A stretch of 64,000 nucleotides of DNA from Macrostomum lignano (lineage: Eukaryota), in assembly GCA_002269645.1 (NCBI GenBank), contig NIVC01001343.1:62001-126000 (forward strand). The letters run 5' to 3'. This document shows, piece by piece, positions 39,424 to 51,900 of the stretch (position 1 is the stretch's first letter; every line of letters starts with the position of its first letter). The translations under genes were made by a program, and so were the position numbers. The notes below the pieces were generated by a model that was given only the letters and a program-made list of their open reading frames with translations, did no database searches and was not told the origin of the DNA.

Positions 39424-39882
39424 CTAAAAGGTACCATCAAGGAAAGAAAATACCGGATGCCAGTTAATAGCCAGTTCAACGTCCTTCTTCGTGACAGTCT
39501 TTCGTTTGCTTTTTACAGCAAAATCGTGGGCAGCTTTGCCCAACTGTTGAATAAACAATTCCGTCGCTTTGGCAACCGCTAGCACGGCTTCTTTATTGAT
39601 CAGACGCGTGTCTGGATCGGCTTTCATAATTAGCTTCATCTTGCTGACCGGTAGGCTGGACAGTTTAACAACTTCATTCTCTTTTTCTGTTTCTGCTAAA
39701 ATAACCGGCTCAGACTCTGGTTCTTCTTCATCCTCGACCAGTTTTTGTCCAGTTTCGATGTCCATGGCCTCGCATTGTTGGTTGTCGTCTTCGTCTATTC
39801 GTTGAGCAGCTTCGAACGGAGTGTCCTCCTTTGGCGTCTCCGTTTCGGTTTCGATGGGATCGGCGTCTGGCTCTGCCGACAT
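39424..39882 (-). CDS. POLE4: DNA polymerase epsilon subunit 4 (H2A-type histone fold), single coding exon, 152 aa
   Basis: LSSLPVSKMKLIMKADPDTRLINKEAVLAVAKATELFIQQLGKAAHDFAVKSKRKTVTKKDVELAI...FSFLDGTF matches the POLE4 pattern (KADPD, KRKT, F.FL.GT C-terminus). It is preceded by an acidic N-terminal tail. Confidence 0.85.
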   Translation of the reverse strand: MSAEPDADPIETETETPKEDTPFEAAQRIDEDDNQQCEAMDIETGQKLVEDEEEPESEPVILAETEKENEVVKLSSLPVSKMKLIMKADPDTRLINKEAVLAVAKATELFIQQLGKAAHDFAVKSKRKTVTKKDVELAINWHPVFSFLDGTF

Positions 39883-40019
39883 GGACTGCAGTCATGTGAA
39901 AGAGAAAAATAACAGCATATTTTACTTTTCGAATGTCGATAATACGCTCGTAGAAAAGAAAATTCTGATACATGTACAGTTTTGCACCACCGGATTCACG
40001 GAATCCGCCAGATCTGCAA

Positions 40020-40625
40020 GGGATTCTCAGGAGGCGGGTTCTCACGGATGGGGGGGGCGGATTCTCACGGATGGGGGCGGATTCTCACGGATGGGGGGCG
40101 GATTCTCACGGATGGGGGCGGATTCTCACGGATGGGGGCGGATTCACACGGATGGGGGGCGGATGCACACGGATGGGGGGCGGATTCTAAGGAATGGGCG
40201 GATTCTCAGGGTAGGGGGCGGATTCTCAGGGTAGGGCGGATTCACACGGATGGGGGGGCGGATTCTCACAGATGGGGGGCGGATTCTCACGGATGGGGGC
40301 GGATTCACACGGATGGGGGGCGGATGCACACGGATGGGGGCGGATTATCAGGAATGTGGCGGATTCTCAGGGATGGGGGCGGATTCTCACGGATGGGGGC
40401 GGATTATCAGGAATGGGGCGGATTCTCAGGGATCGCGGTAGATTCTCACGGATGGGGGCGGATTCTAAGGAATGGGCGGATTCTCAGGGTAGGGGGCGGA
40501 TTCTAAGGAATGGGTGGATTCTCAGGGTAGGGGGCGGATTCTCAGGGAAGGGGCGGATTCTCACGGATGGGGGCGGATTCTCAGGGTAGGGGCGGATTCT
40601 CACGGATGGGGGGCGGATTTTCAGG
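40020..40625. repeat. GGGGGCGGATTCTCACGGAT repeat, copy 2 of the GC-box family
   Basis: About 29 copies of a 20-21-bp unit starting ~140 bp upstream of the POLE4 ATG. Confidence 0.92.
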
Positions 40626-41159
40626 GTGCAAGGTTGGGGCGTTTCAGGAGGGCTACGGCTACGGCTACGCCCCCCCCCCCTAGCCTCTCAGATGAATGGA
40701 GCAGACAAGGCAAAAAATGAGTCAGAGTTCTCTGCAAGTTTTTTCTAAGCCTACAAGCTATACATGTAATAGCTGCCCTTTCACGATAGCATAGTAAATG
40801 TACGAAGGCAAGTCATTTACTAATTTAACGTCGCGTGCAGAGAACAGAGAACACACTATAATATAAACAGGCAGGCCGGCAAAGTTTTATGAGCATCTCT
40901 TCTAGGATCAAAGCGACATCAAAGAAGAAACTGCCCGCTGAGAAAGAAACAAGATAATGAAGCTATCTCAGAAGAGCAGGCTAAAAAAGCAGGCAAATTG
41001 TCACGAATGCCACAATGCGAGTTAGCAGGCGAGCTTTTTTGGGAAACCATTAAAGATACCAGCGTAGTTCTATCTTTTTTCCAGGAAACTTAATCCTAGC
41101 CGATGCTCTCTGTGTCAATCATGCTCATTTGCTTGAATATGACAGATTAAGAACAGCTT

Positions 41160-41612
41160 TGTGCTTTTGTGACCTTGGAATGCCATAGTGTACATCGTGA
41201 CCTTGGAATGCCATAGTGTATATTGTGACCTTGGAATGCCATAGTGTACATTGTGACCTTGGAATGCTAGTGTGTACATTGTGACCTTGGAATGCTAGTG
41301 TGTACATTGTGACCTTGGAATGCCTAAGTGTAAATTTTGATCTTGGAATACCAGAGTGTACATTGTGACCTTGGAATGCCTGAGTGTACATTGTGACCTT
41401 GGAATGCCTGAGTGTACATTGTTACTTTGGAATGCCGGAGTGTACATTTTGATCTTGGAATACCAGAGTGTACATTGTGACCTTGGAATGCCTGAGTGTA
41501 CATTGTGACCTTGGAATGCCAGAGTGTAAATTTTGATCTTGGAATACCAGAGTGTACATTGTGACCTTGGAATGCCTGAGTGTACATTGTGACTCTGGAA
41601 TGCCTGAGTGTG
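41160..41612. repeat. 28-bp minisatellite GTGTACATTGTGACCTTGGAATGCCTGA
   Basis: About 16 copies between calcineurin B and POLE4. Confidence 0.92.
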
Positions 41613-42036
41613 CATTAATGACATTTGTTTTAATTTTAACATCTACATCTAAGACTGAAACAAATAAAGCTTGACTATTAAGGAAATTAAATCATAGACA
41701 GACTCATAACAGTTATTAATAAATTTATTTTAAGTTTACAATCTAAAAAATAGGAGTACAACAATGAATCCGCAAGCTAAGACTAAAATTCTAATTTTAT
41801 GATTACAAAATCAACTGTAAAAGTACACTGTGCAAGAATAGATAAAGCTACAAAGACGCACACATTAAACAGGCTACAAGCTCTAAGTTTTGTTGTTGTA
41901 ATAAATCAAAGAAACATTAAAAAAGACGAAAAATTATAATTACATAAACATTGCGAAATACTCATTAATTCTGCCTACCGAACATCAACTAAAGAAATTC
42001 AACGTCTTTTTTTTGCGAGAAGTAAAATTAAGAAAA

Positions 42037-45000
42037 TCAGACATCGATGGTCATTTTCTTGTGCACATCGAGGGAGCCGACAATGTCGCAGAATTCAGCG
42101 TAAGAAATTTTTCCGTCACCGTCTTTGTCAGCAAAAATGATTGTTTTATTAACAATCTGCTGCAGTTGAGCGTCTTTCAGATTGCTGCCAACCATCATCT
42201 TCAGCACCTATGAAATTGTTCAGGTAGTTTCGCGATTAATGAGACACATTTGAGATGTCACTTGAGTAGCATTTCAGACACATTTGAGATGTCATTTGAG
42301 TAGCATTTCAGACACATTTGAGATGTCTCTTGAGTAGCATTTCAGACACATTTGAGATGTCATTTGAGTAGCATTTCAGACACATTTGAGATGTCTCTTG
42401 AGTAGCATTTCAGACACATTTGAGATGTCTCTTGAGTAGCATTTTAGACACATTTGATATGTCACCTGAGTAGCATTTCAGACACATTTGAGATGTCATT
42501 TGAGTAGCATTTCAGACACATTTGAGATGTCACTGAGTAGCATTTCAGACACATTTGAGATGTCATTTGAGTAGCATTTCAGACACATTTGAGATGTCAT
42601 TTGAGTAGCATTTCAGACACATTTGAGATGTCATTTGAGTAGCATTTCAGACAAATTTGAGATGTCATTTGAGTAGCATTTTAGACAAATTTGAGATGTC
42701 ACTTGAGTAGCATTTCAGACACATTTGAGATGTCATTTGAGTAGCATTTCAGACAAATTTGAGATGTCATTTGAGTAGCATTTTAGACAAATTTGAGATG
42801 TCATTTGAGTAGCATTTCAGACAAATTTGAGATGTCACTGAGTAGCATTTCAGACACATTTGATATGTCACTTGAGTAGCATTTCAGACAAATTTGAGAT
42901 GTCACTGAGTAGCATTTCAGACACATTTGAGATGCCTCTTGAGTAGCATTTCAGACAAGGTTGCGATGCCCCTGAGCAGTCCCTGAGATACTCAATATTT
43001 CACAGAGCATACAAAGTGCCCTAAGCAAGCCTCACCTGAAAGAGCTCCCCATTGCTAATGAAGCCATCCTTGTCCATATCGTAGATTCGAAACGCAAAAC
43101 GCAGTTTAGCCTCTTTGTCGCCTCTGACAGAGAATTGCGACATGCCTAAATTGAAGGGAAGTGAGAGTATTTTAAATCACTTTGTGCTTCTCAATAACTG
43201 CATAAATCCCATTATATCAACCGGGAGAGAATTTCTCTTAGGTCTCATCTAGATAAATCGGGTAAGAATTTCACCAGCCTCGTAGGAGAATTTGGTGAGA
43301 ATCTCACCAGCCTCATGGGAGAATTGAGTTAGAATCTCATCAGTCTCATAAAATGGGGTGAAAATGGGAGAATCGGGTGAGAATCTCATCACTCTCATAG
43401 GAGAATCAGGGGAGTATCTTATCAGTCTGATGGAATGGGGTGAGAATCTCACCAGTCTCATAGGAGACTGGGGTGAGAATTTCATCAGTCTCATAGAAGA
43501 ATGGGGTGAGAATCTTTTCAGTCTCATAGGAGAATGGGGTGAGAATCTCACCAGTCTCATAGGAGAATCGGGCGAGAATCTCACCAGTTTCATTAGAGAC
43601 TGGGGTGAGAATCTCATCAGTCTCACAGGAGACTGGGTGAGAATCTTTTCAGTCTCATAGGAGAATGGGCTGAGAATCTCACCGGTCTCATAGGAGAATG
43701 GGGTGAGAATCTCACAGTCTCATAGGAGAATGAGGTGAGAATCTCATCAGTCTCATAAAAGAATCGGGTGAGAATCTCATCAGTCTTATAGGAGAATCGG
43801 GTGAGAATCTCATCAGTCTTATAGGAGAATCGGGTGAGAATCTTATCAGTCTCTTGAATATCGTAGGAGAAAAAATGCAGTTTATTCAATACAAACCCTG
43901 GAATTCCAAAGGGAAGATGTTTAACCAAAGCCCCAGTAACTGTCAATCATAGTAAACAGTGCCACTAGCTTAGGACGCTCCGGCATATCAGCATAGACAA
44001 TATCGCATACACAAACTGTCTATATATACAAATTGGTAGAGAGACCAGAAGTTAGGCTAGAGAAAGACGAAAAGCTTCCAACGGCTTGATGATGACTTTT
44101 TGGATGCCAGTCTTGAAACCTTTTCTCTTTTTCTTATATATTCATTGCGCCGACCTAGCAACTTCCTTGTATAGGTTCTGCTAGACCTTCCTTCGTGCCC
44201 TCATCTCCCCCTCTCTCTCCTGTTTCTTCCTTCAATAGTTCAAGCACAAAGTCGATCGCTTTACTTTTTTAACATTAAAGCCCTTCGATCCGCACCAGGA
44301 AAGGATAAGGAAGGGAGGAGAGAGGAGAAGAGATGCGGGAGAGAGAGGGGGCGAATGGAGAGGATAAATAAGTGAAAAAATCCCCGCAAACAAGCCATAA
44401 TCAGTGCGTGTTCGCAAACCGAAGTTCCTGCTTCCTAAGCCTTCGCTTTTTTGCTTTCTTTTTCTGCGCCCGCCTATTTGGCCAAGATTTCCTGCATGGC
44501 TTCAATCCTATTTCTGTTTAAGCGGATTTAAGCTTCGTTAAACTGGCTAAATTAGGTTTTGGAAGCTGATTATTGTTAGGATAATACTTGATTCAGTGCT
44601 GGCTACATTGGGGAAGGGGTGAAAGATTTGATGCTGGGGTTGGTGTACATTGGGGAAGGGGTGGAAGATTTGATGCTGGGGTTGGTGTACATTGGGGAAG
44701 GGGTGGAAGATTTGGGGCTGGGGTTGGTGTAAATTGTGGAAGGGGTGGAAGATTTGATGCTGGGGTTGGTGTACATTGGGGAAGGGGTGGAAGATTTGGG
44801 GCTGGGGTTGGTGTACATTGGGGAAAGGGTGGAAGATTTGGGGCTGGGGTTGGTGTAAATTGTGGAAGGGGTGGAAGATTTGATGCTGGGGTTGGTGTAC
44901 ATTGGGGAAGGGGTGGAAGATTTGGGGCTGGGGTTGGTGTACATTGGGGAAAGGGTGGAAGATTTGGGGCTGGGGTTGGTGTAAATTGTGGAAGGGGTGG

Positions 45001-46717
45001 AAGATTTGATGCTGGGGTTGGTGTACATTGGGGAAGGGGTGGAAGATTTGGGGCTGGGGTTGGTGTACATTGGGGAAGGGGTGGAAGATTTGAGGGTTTG
45101 GGGTTGGTGTACATTGAGGAAGGGGTGAAAGATTTTAGACAGGGTTCGGTGTAAATTCTATAGCTTTAAGTTTGGGCAAATGCTTATCTTTAAAAAACAA
45201 GTTTGGTGTATTCTAAGATTTAAAAGTTCAAAACTCAGTTTTTTAGTAAAAAAAGAAGCGATGGAATAGGAAAGAAATAGAACCAGGCACAGCAGCTTCC
45301 TTTAGATCTAAACAATGACTTGATTATTATTACTATTATTTTTTTGCAACTGAAAGCATTCGAACGAAGTCTAGCAAGCTAGCAAAAGTACAAGCTCAGC
45401 CTAAACAGATGTTAGAAAGCTGGAACCGCGGGCTAATGGATATGGGAAGAAACGACAGGGGGACAAGACGACAGACAGGAGAAAGTGAGCAACAGGGTAT
45501 AGGGGATCACGAAATGAAGCCAAGCGTGTAGACAGAAAGACGGTGAAGCTGTTATAACACTTTATAATAATAAGTACGTAATATTCACTATATACAATCG
45601 TGAACAAGACATTTTATGTTTGAAAAAAACTACAACTAAAAAACTACAACACAAAATAATTAGGTATTAGGAGTCATTGGAGCGCGAGTAGTCATAAAAG
45701 CGCCACATACTAGTGTACTCGCATATGCATACGAAAGTCCAGCGCAGCAATTAAACAACAATTCCAGTTCAAATTGCCTTTACGTAAGTAAAACTTTAGT
45801 AAGAAAAAGATAAAGCAAAGGAATAAGGGGGAAACATACTTAATCTCACACTGAGATGAGATTACATGCTCAATCTCACACTGAGATGAGATCACATACA
45901 CATACCCAATCTCACACTGAGATGAGATCACATACACATACCCAATCTCACCCTGAGATGAGATCACATACCCAATCTCACCCTGAGATGAGATCACATA
46001 CCCAATCTCACCCTGACATGAATTCACAGACCCAATCTCATCCTGAGATGAGATCACATACCGATCTCAACCTGAGATGAATTCACAGACCCAATCTCAT
46101 CCTGAGATGAGATCACATTCCCAATCTCACCCTGACATGAATTCACAGACCCAATCTCATCCTGAGATGAGATCACATTCCCAATCTCACCCTGACATGA
46201 ATTCACAGACCCAATCTCATCCTGAGATGAGATCACATTCCCAATCTCACCCTGACATGAATTCACAGACCCAATCTCATCCTGAGATGAGATCACATTC
46301 CCAATCTCACCCTGACATGAATTCACAGACCCAATCTCATCCTGAGATGAGATCACGGACCCAATCTCACACTGAGACGAGATCACATACCCAATCTCAC
46401 CCTGAGATGAGATCACATACCCAATCTCACACTGAGATGAGATCGCAGACGCAGAACCAGAGATGAAACAGCAGCAAGACAAACTCACCCTGAATAAACT
46501 CTTTAAAATCGACCTCTCCATTCTGATCAGTATCGAAGATGTCAATCACTCGCTGCACCAGCGGGTTCTGCTGCAACTCAGGCAGCCGCAGGAACTCTTC
46601 AATGCTCAGCGAGCCGCTGCCATCCAAGTCGATCTTCTTAAACCGTTTACCCAACCGTCGGAGTTCTTCGCTATCAAAATGAGCGCACAGTTCCGGAATG
46701 GAAAGTTCGCTACCCAT
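42037..46717 (-). CDS. PPP3R1: Calcineurin subunit B, 169 aa; exons 46717-46489, 43145-43036, 42207-42037
   Basis: MGSELS (myristoylation motif)...[56 protein letters not shown]|[36 protein letters not shown]|[56 protein letters not shown]. Four EF-hands. Exons 2 and 3 were translated by hand and have canonical splice sites. Confidence 0.97.
42243..42958. repeat. 34-bp minisatellite GAGTAGCATTTCAGACACATTTGAGATGTCATTT (calcineurin B intron 2)
   Basis: About 21 copies filling most of the 828-nt intron. Confidence 0.95.
43265..43855. repeat. 33-bp minisatellite GAGAATCTCATCAGTCTCATAGGAGAATGGGGT (calcineurin B intron 1)
   Basis: About 18 imperfect copies. Confidence 0.9.
44598..45150. repeat. 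42-bp G-rich minisatellite GGGGTTGGTGTACATTGGGGAAGGGGTGGAAGATTTGATGCT (calcineurin B intron 1)
   Basis: About 13 copies. Confidence 0.93.
45838..46445. repeat. 30-bp minisatellite ATCTCACACTGAGATGAGATCACATACCCA with a 60-bp dimeric core (calcineurin B intron 1)
   Basis: About 20 copies; perfect 60-bp period at 46061-46330. Confidence 0.93.
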
Positions 46718-46967
46718 CTTTCAGCCAGAGAAGAGAGGCGGGGGAAGAAGACGACAGAACTGCAAAAGCCCCCGTCTGTTGCTTTCGGCTTGCCAGGAAT
46801 AGTAGAAGAAGCGGGGAAAGGTGCAATATAAAGCGGCAAGATGGATGCGTTCTACTGGCTCGTGTTTCCCACCAACCAAAGAGGCCTAGAAACAGAAGCC
46901 CGCGGAGTGACTGCTCCTGTCTAAGCCACTGCTTTCCAATCCCACATAATTCTAGACTGGCGTAGCG

Positions 46968-47775
46968 TAAACTATAGCTTAAACTGCAGCTTAAACTGAA
47001 GCTTAAACTGTAGCTTAAACTGCAGCTTAAACTGTGGCTTAAACTGTAGCTAAAACTGCAGCTTAAACTGTAGCTTAAACTGTAGCTAAAACTGAAGCTT
47101 AAACTGTAGCTTAAACTGATCTTAAACTGTAGCTTAAACTGATCTTAAACTGTAGCTTAAACTGTAGTTCAAACTGTAGCTTAAACTGTAGCTTAAACTG
47201 TAGCTTAAACTGTAGCTTAAACTGAAGCTTAAACTGTAGCTTAAACTGATCTTAAACTGTAGCTTAAACTGATCTTATACTGTAGCTTAAACTGTAGTTC
47301 AAACTGTAGCTTAAACTGTAGCTTAAACTGTAGCTTAAACTGTAGCTTAAACTGAAGCTTAAACTGTAGCTTAAACTGATCTTAAACTGTAGCTTAAACT
47401 GATCTTATACTGTAGCTTAAACTGTAGTTCAAACTGTAGCTTAAACTGTAGCTTAAACTGTAGTTCAAACTGTAGCTTAAACTGTAGCTTAAACTGTAGC
47501 TTAAACTAAAGCTTAAACTAAAGCTTAAAATGTAGCTTAAACTGTAGCTTAAACTGTAGCTTAAACTAAAGCTTAAACTAAAGCTTAAACTGTAGCTTAA
47601 ACTGTAGCTTAAACTAAAGCTTAAACTAAAGCTTAAACTGTAGCTTAAACTGTAGTTCAAACTGTAGCTTAAACTGTAGCTTAAACTGTAGCTTAAACTA
47701 AAGCTTAAACTAAAGCTTAAAATGTAGCTTAAACTGTAGCTTAAACTGTAGCTTAAACTGAAGCTTAAACTGCAG
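46968..47775. repeat. 12-bp minisatellite GCTTAAACTGTA
   Basis: About 67 copies between RETSAT and calcineurin B. Confidence 0.95.
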
Positions 47776-48214
47776 ATTTAGCTTTTAGTTACGGAAAATC
47801 GGACATGTGTTAGCTAAACAGAACAGCAGTCAGGCCCGCAGAGGTTCGGGAAGGAGTTGCTAATCCAGAATCTGGTTCTGCATCTCCTTGCCAAACTGGC
47901 CAATAAGGAGAAAGGAAGAGAAAAAAGCAAGACAGAAGGCCGATGGCTATAAAAATAGGTAGAATATAATTTCTTTCCCTATGCAGCAGGGAAAGAAAAA
48001 CAAGGTTGAAGATTAGAAAATTGCAATGATTAACGATCGATGTATATGATTTGCTGATGCCAAGATATTGTGTATGAAACAGAAGTTTTTACCCTTAAGG
48101 TTGTTTATACAAAAATATTTTTCTAGATATAAAATACTTTTATACTACTTAGTGTGATTAGGTAGCAATAATAATCTAGCTGACAATAATAACTGATAAT
48201 TGATTACACCTGCC

Positions 48215-48330
48215 CCAACTGGACCCGATGTGCAACCGACAGCTCAGCCGCAGCTATGGGGGGTCGCCACACACGCCCTCAATTACCTCAGCCAATGCTG
48301 GCACCCATTTTACAGCTGGGTGAACTGAAG
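48215..48330 (+). mobile_element. Possible degenerate SINE fragment
   Basis: GCTGGCACCCATTTTACAGCTGGGTGAACTG resembles central-domain motifs common in metazoan SINEs. No tRNA head recognised. Confidence 0.3.
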
Positions 48331-48734
48331 ATTCAGGTTTATAAAATTTTCCCAGAATAATTGTAACAACTTCTTCTGTCTCGTAACAAGCCTTACAAAC
48401 TTATCCTAATAAAACCGAACAGTTAAATTAAGGCAGACACAAGACATATTTAATAATAATCGTTAACAAGTGGAAAAATTTGTTCCAAAGGTTAGGGTAA
48501 CACGTGCAGCGCTATGGTATAAATATGAGAAATTGACTAATTAAAAAAATTACGCGTAAGTACTTTTACGCGAAAAAATGACTTGTCATCAACAATAGAC
48601 TAAATACAAAAGAACGTTTGTACTATTATAGTTCAAATTAGAGGAAGAAAAGCTAGTAACAAAAATTGGGCGAGAAAGTAAAAAAAGTTTGTTAAACTAG
48701 AGAAAATATAGTTGTTAACTTTCAGCCTATTCAA

Positions 48735-48870
48735 AAGCGCTACATACTAACCACAGTCAACTCTGCTTAACTTTTAGCCTACTCAATAGCGCTACGTACT
48801 AACCACAGTCAACTCTGCTTAACTCAGCCTACTCAATAGCGCTACGTACTAACCACAGTCATCTCTGGCT
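48735..48870. repeat. ~52-bp triple repeat (AGCGCTAC.TACTAACCACAGTC...) just 3' of the RETSAT stop
   Basis: Three imperfect copies. Confidence 0.75.
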
Positions 48871-48968
48871 TAACCTACAGCCTATTAGTTAGCGAAACTT
48901 GCTATAAATGTAAATCAATCAAGTACATCGCGTACTACAGTGACCACAAGCTAGCCATAAATCAATCA

Positions 48969-51900
48969 TCATTCGGCCTTCGGTCGTTCCCGGCGCAGGA
49001 TGCCCTTAGCGTCGGCTTGAATGAGTTTGGCCAGATCGGCAATCAGATTGCGATTCAGAGCGGCAGAAGCGCACAACAGGCCGCCCATCATGCCGCCAAC
49101 GAAGCCGCAGATGGCCACGTCTTGGCCAGTGAGCAGGAGTCCCGGCGGGCCCATCTCCGGCCGCAGTTGAGCGCACGAATCCGGAGCTAAGCGACTGAGG
49201 CTGTGGTCTAAGCCGTAGATTTCGCCGCGTGGCGAATTGATGTAGTGCTGGTTGGTGAGCGGCGTGCCCACCTGGGAGGGGGGAGGTGAGACAGGAGGGG
49301 CTCAGGTGTTATGCACTTCTATGTGTTCCTGGTGACAAATCCTGGCCTGCTTAATTAATCTGGGGGATCTAGTAGCTTACCCCGGAGGATCAGGTAGCTT
49401 ACCCTGGGGATCTGGTAGTTTAATCTGGGAGGCTGGTAGTTTATTCTGGGAGGCTGGTAGCTTAATCTGGGGATCTGGTAGCTTAATCTGGGGGATCTGG
49501 TAGCTTAATCTTGGGATCTGGTAGCTTAATCTGGGGGATCTAGTAGCTTACCCCGGAGGATCAGGTAGCTTACCCTGGGGATCTGGTAGTTTAATCTGGG
49601 AGGCTAGTAGTTTATTCTGGGAGGCTGGTAGCTTAATCTGGGGATCTGGTAGCTTAATCTGGGGGATCTGGTAGCTTAATCTTGGGATCTGGTAGCTTAA
49701 TCTGGGGGATCTAGTAGCATACCCCGGAGGATCTAGTAGTTTATTCTGGTGATCTGGGGATCTGGTAGTTTAATCTCGGAGGCTGGTAGTTTATTCTGGG
49801 ATGCTGGTAGCTTAATCTGGGGATGTGGTAGCTTAATCTGCGGGATCTGGTAGCTTAATCTGGGGATCTGGTAGCTTAATCTGGGGGTCTGGTAGTTTAA
49901 TCTGGGGGATCTAGTAGCTTACCCCGGAGGATCTGGTAGTTTATTCTGGTGATCTGGGGATCTGGTAGCTTACTCCTGGGGATCTGGTAGTTTAATCTGG
50001 GAGGCTAGTAGTTTAATCTGGGAGGCTAGTAGTTTAATCTGGGAGGCTGGTAGTTTAATCTGGGAGGCTAGTAGTTTAATCTGGGAGGCTGGTAGTTTAA
50101 TCTGGGAGGCTGGTAGTTTAATCTGGGAGGCTAGTAGTTTAATCTGGGAGGCTGGTAGTTTAATCTGGGAGGCTGGTAGTTTATTCTGGGAGGCTGGTAG
50201 CTTAATCTGGAAATCTGGGAGGCTGGTAGCTTAGTCGGGGGATCTGGGAGGCTGGTAGCTTAATCTGGGGATCTGGGAGGGGTGAAAGCTTCATCTGGGA
50301 ATCTGGGAGGGTGAAAGCTTTATCTGGGAATCTGGGAGGGTTGAAGCTTCATCTGGGAATCTGGGAGGGTGGAAGCTCTTTTTATCGGTGATGCGGTAGA
50401 TTAATTGAAAGGATCTGGAAATGTCAAGATCTGTAGTGATGGTGGCCCAGCAACAAGGAAGAATTAACAATGCCCCCTTCCCAAAGCCTCACCTGAAACA
50501 GTTCGACTTCAAGATCGGCCACAGCCGGTACCTGGCACTTGACCAGCTCCCACATCCGCCTGCCGATAGCGTTCTTCAACTCGTTATAATCTCTGCCCCT
50601 GTGACCGCTGCGGCCCTCCTGATACTGGCTGAACCAGTCCCAGTTCGCGAAGGTGACAATCGCACAAGTCAGCCGGTCATCTCCGCGCCTCCTCGGCCAG
50701 CTGGGATCCTTCAGCGAGGGAAACGAAGCGAATAGCAGAGGCGGATCAGCCGCTGCGGCCTCCTGAGGATCAAGGCTAAGATAGGCATTAACAATCGACT
50801 GCAGATCCACAGTCTCAGCCGCTGAGCTGTCAGACGGAGAAAGCAGCCACAGATTGCGACCGCGGATGTCGTCAAATGCCGGATCAGTGGAGGCGCACCT
50901 TCCCGGAGGCAGACGCAGTCCGATGAACACAGACATTGCGCCGTGGCCGGAGCGGAGCTGGCAGTCGGTTAGGGTTCGGGGAATTCGAGACCTGCCAGGT
51001 TTGCCAGGTGTGGTGTACTCATTTAGTGCACGCGTACTTATGAGGCGAACTTGTGTATAATGCTGCTTGCTATGTTGAAACTTCTCTCCACTCTCCCAGA
51101 TTCGGCTACCGCCCTCCCAGATTAAGTTGCCACCCTCCCAGATGAAGCTACCCTCCTCTCAAATTAGGTTGCCACCCTCCCAGATTAAGCTGCCCTCCTC
51201 TCAGATTAAGCTACCACCCTCCCCAGATTAAGCTACCGCCCTCCCAGATTTGGCTACCAGATTAGACTACCGCTCTCTCTCTTAAATTCCTTCAAAGTGT
51301 CTAAAGCATCCTAAACTGTGTCTAAAGTGTCCTAAACTGTGTCTAAAGTGTCCTAAACTGTGTCTAAAGTGTCCTAAACTATGTCTAAAGTGTCCTAAAC
51401 TGTGTCTAAAGCATCCTAAACTGTGTCTAAAGTGTCCTAAACTGTGTCTAAAGTGTCCTAAACTATGTCTAAAGTGTCCTAAACTGTGTCTAAAGCATCC
51501 TAAACTGTGTCTAAAGTGTCCTAAACTGTGTCTGAAGTGTCCTAAACTATGTCTAAAGTGTCCTAAACTATGTCTAAAGTGTCCTAAACTGTGTCTAAAG
51601 CATCCTAAACTGTGTCTAAAGTGTCCTAAACTGCGTCTAAAGTGTCCTAAACTATGTCTAAAGTGTCCTAAACTGTGTCTAAAGTGTCCTAAACTGTGTC
51701 TAAGACTCTAAAGTGTCCAAAACTGTGTCTAAAGTGTCCTAAACTGTGTCTAAAGTGTCCTAAACTGTGTCTAAAGCATCCTAAACTGTGTCTAAAGTGT
51801 CCAAAACTATGTCTAAAGTGTCCTAAACTGTGTCTAAAGTGTCCTAAACTGTGTCTAAAGTGTCCTAAACTGTGTCTAAAGTGTCCTAAACTGTGTCTAA

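Noticed and set aside
46427-46717. EF-hand ORF as calmodulin or a truncated pseudogene
   Set aside because: The sequence is diagnostic for calcineurin B, and two further intact exons complete it.
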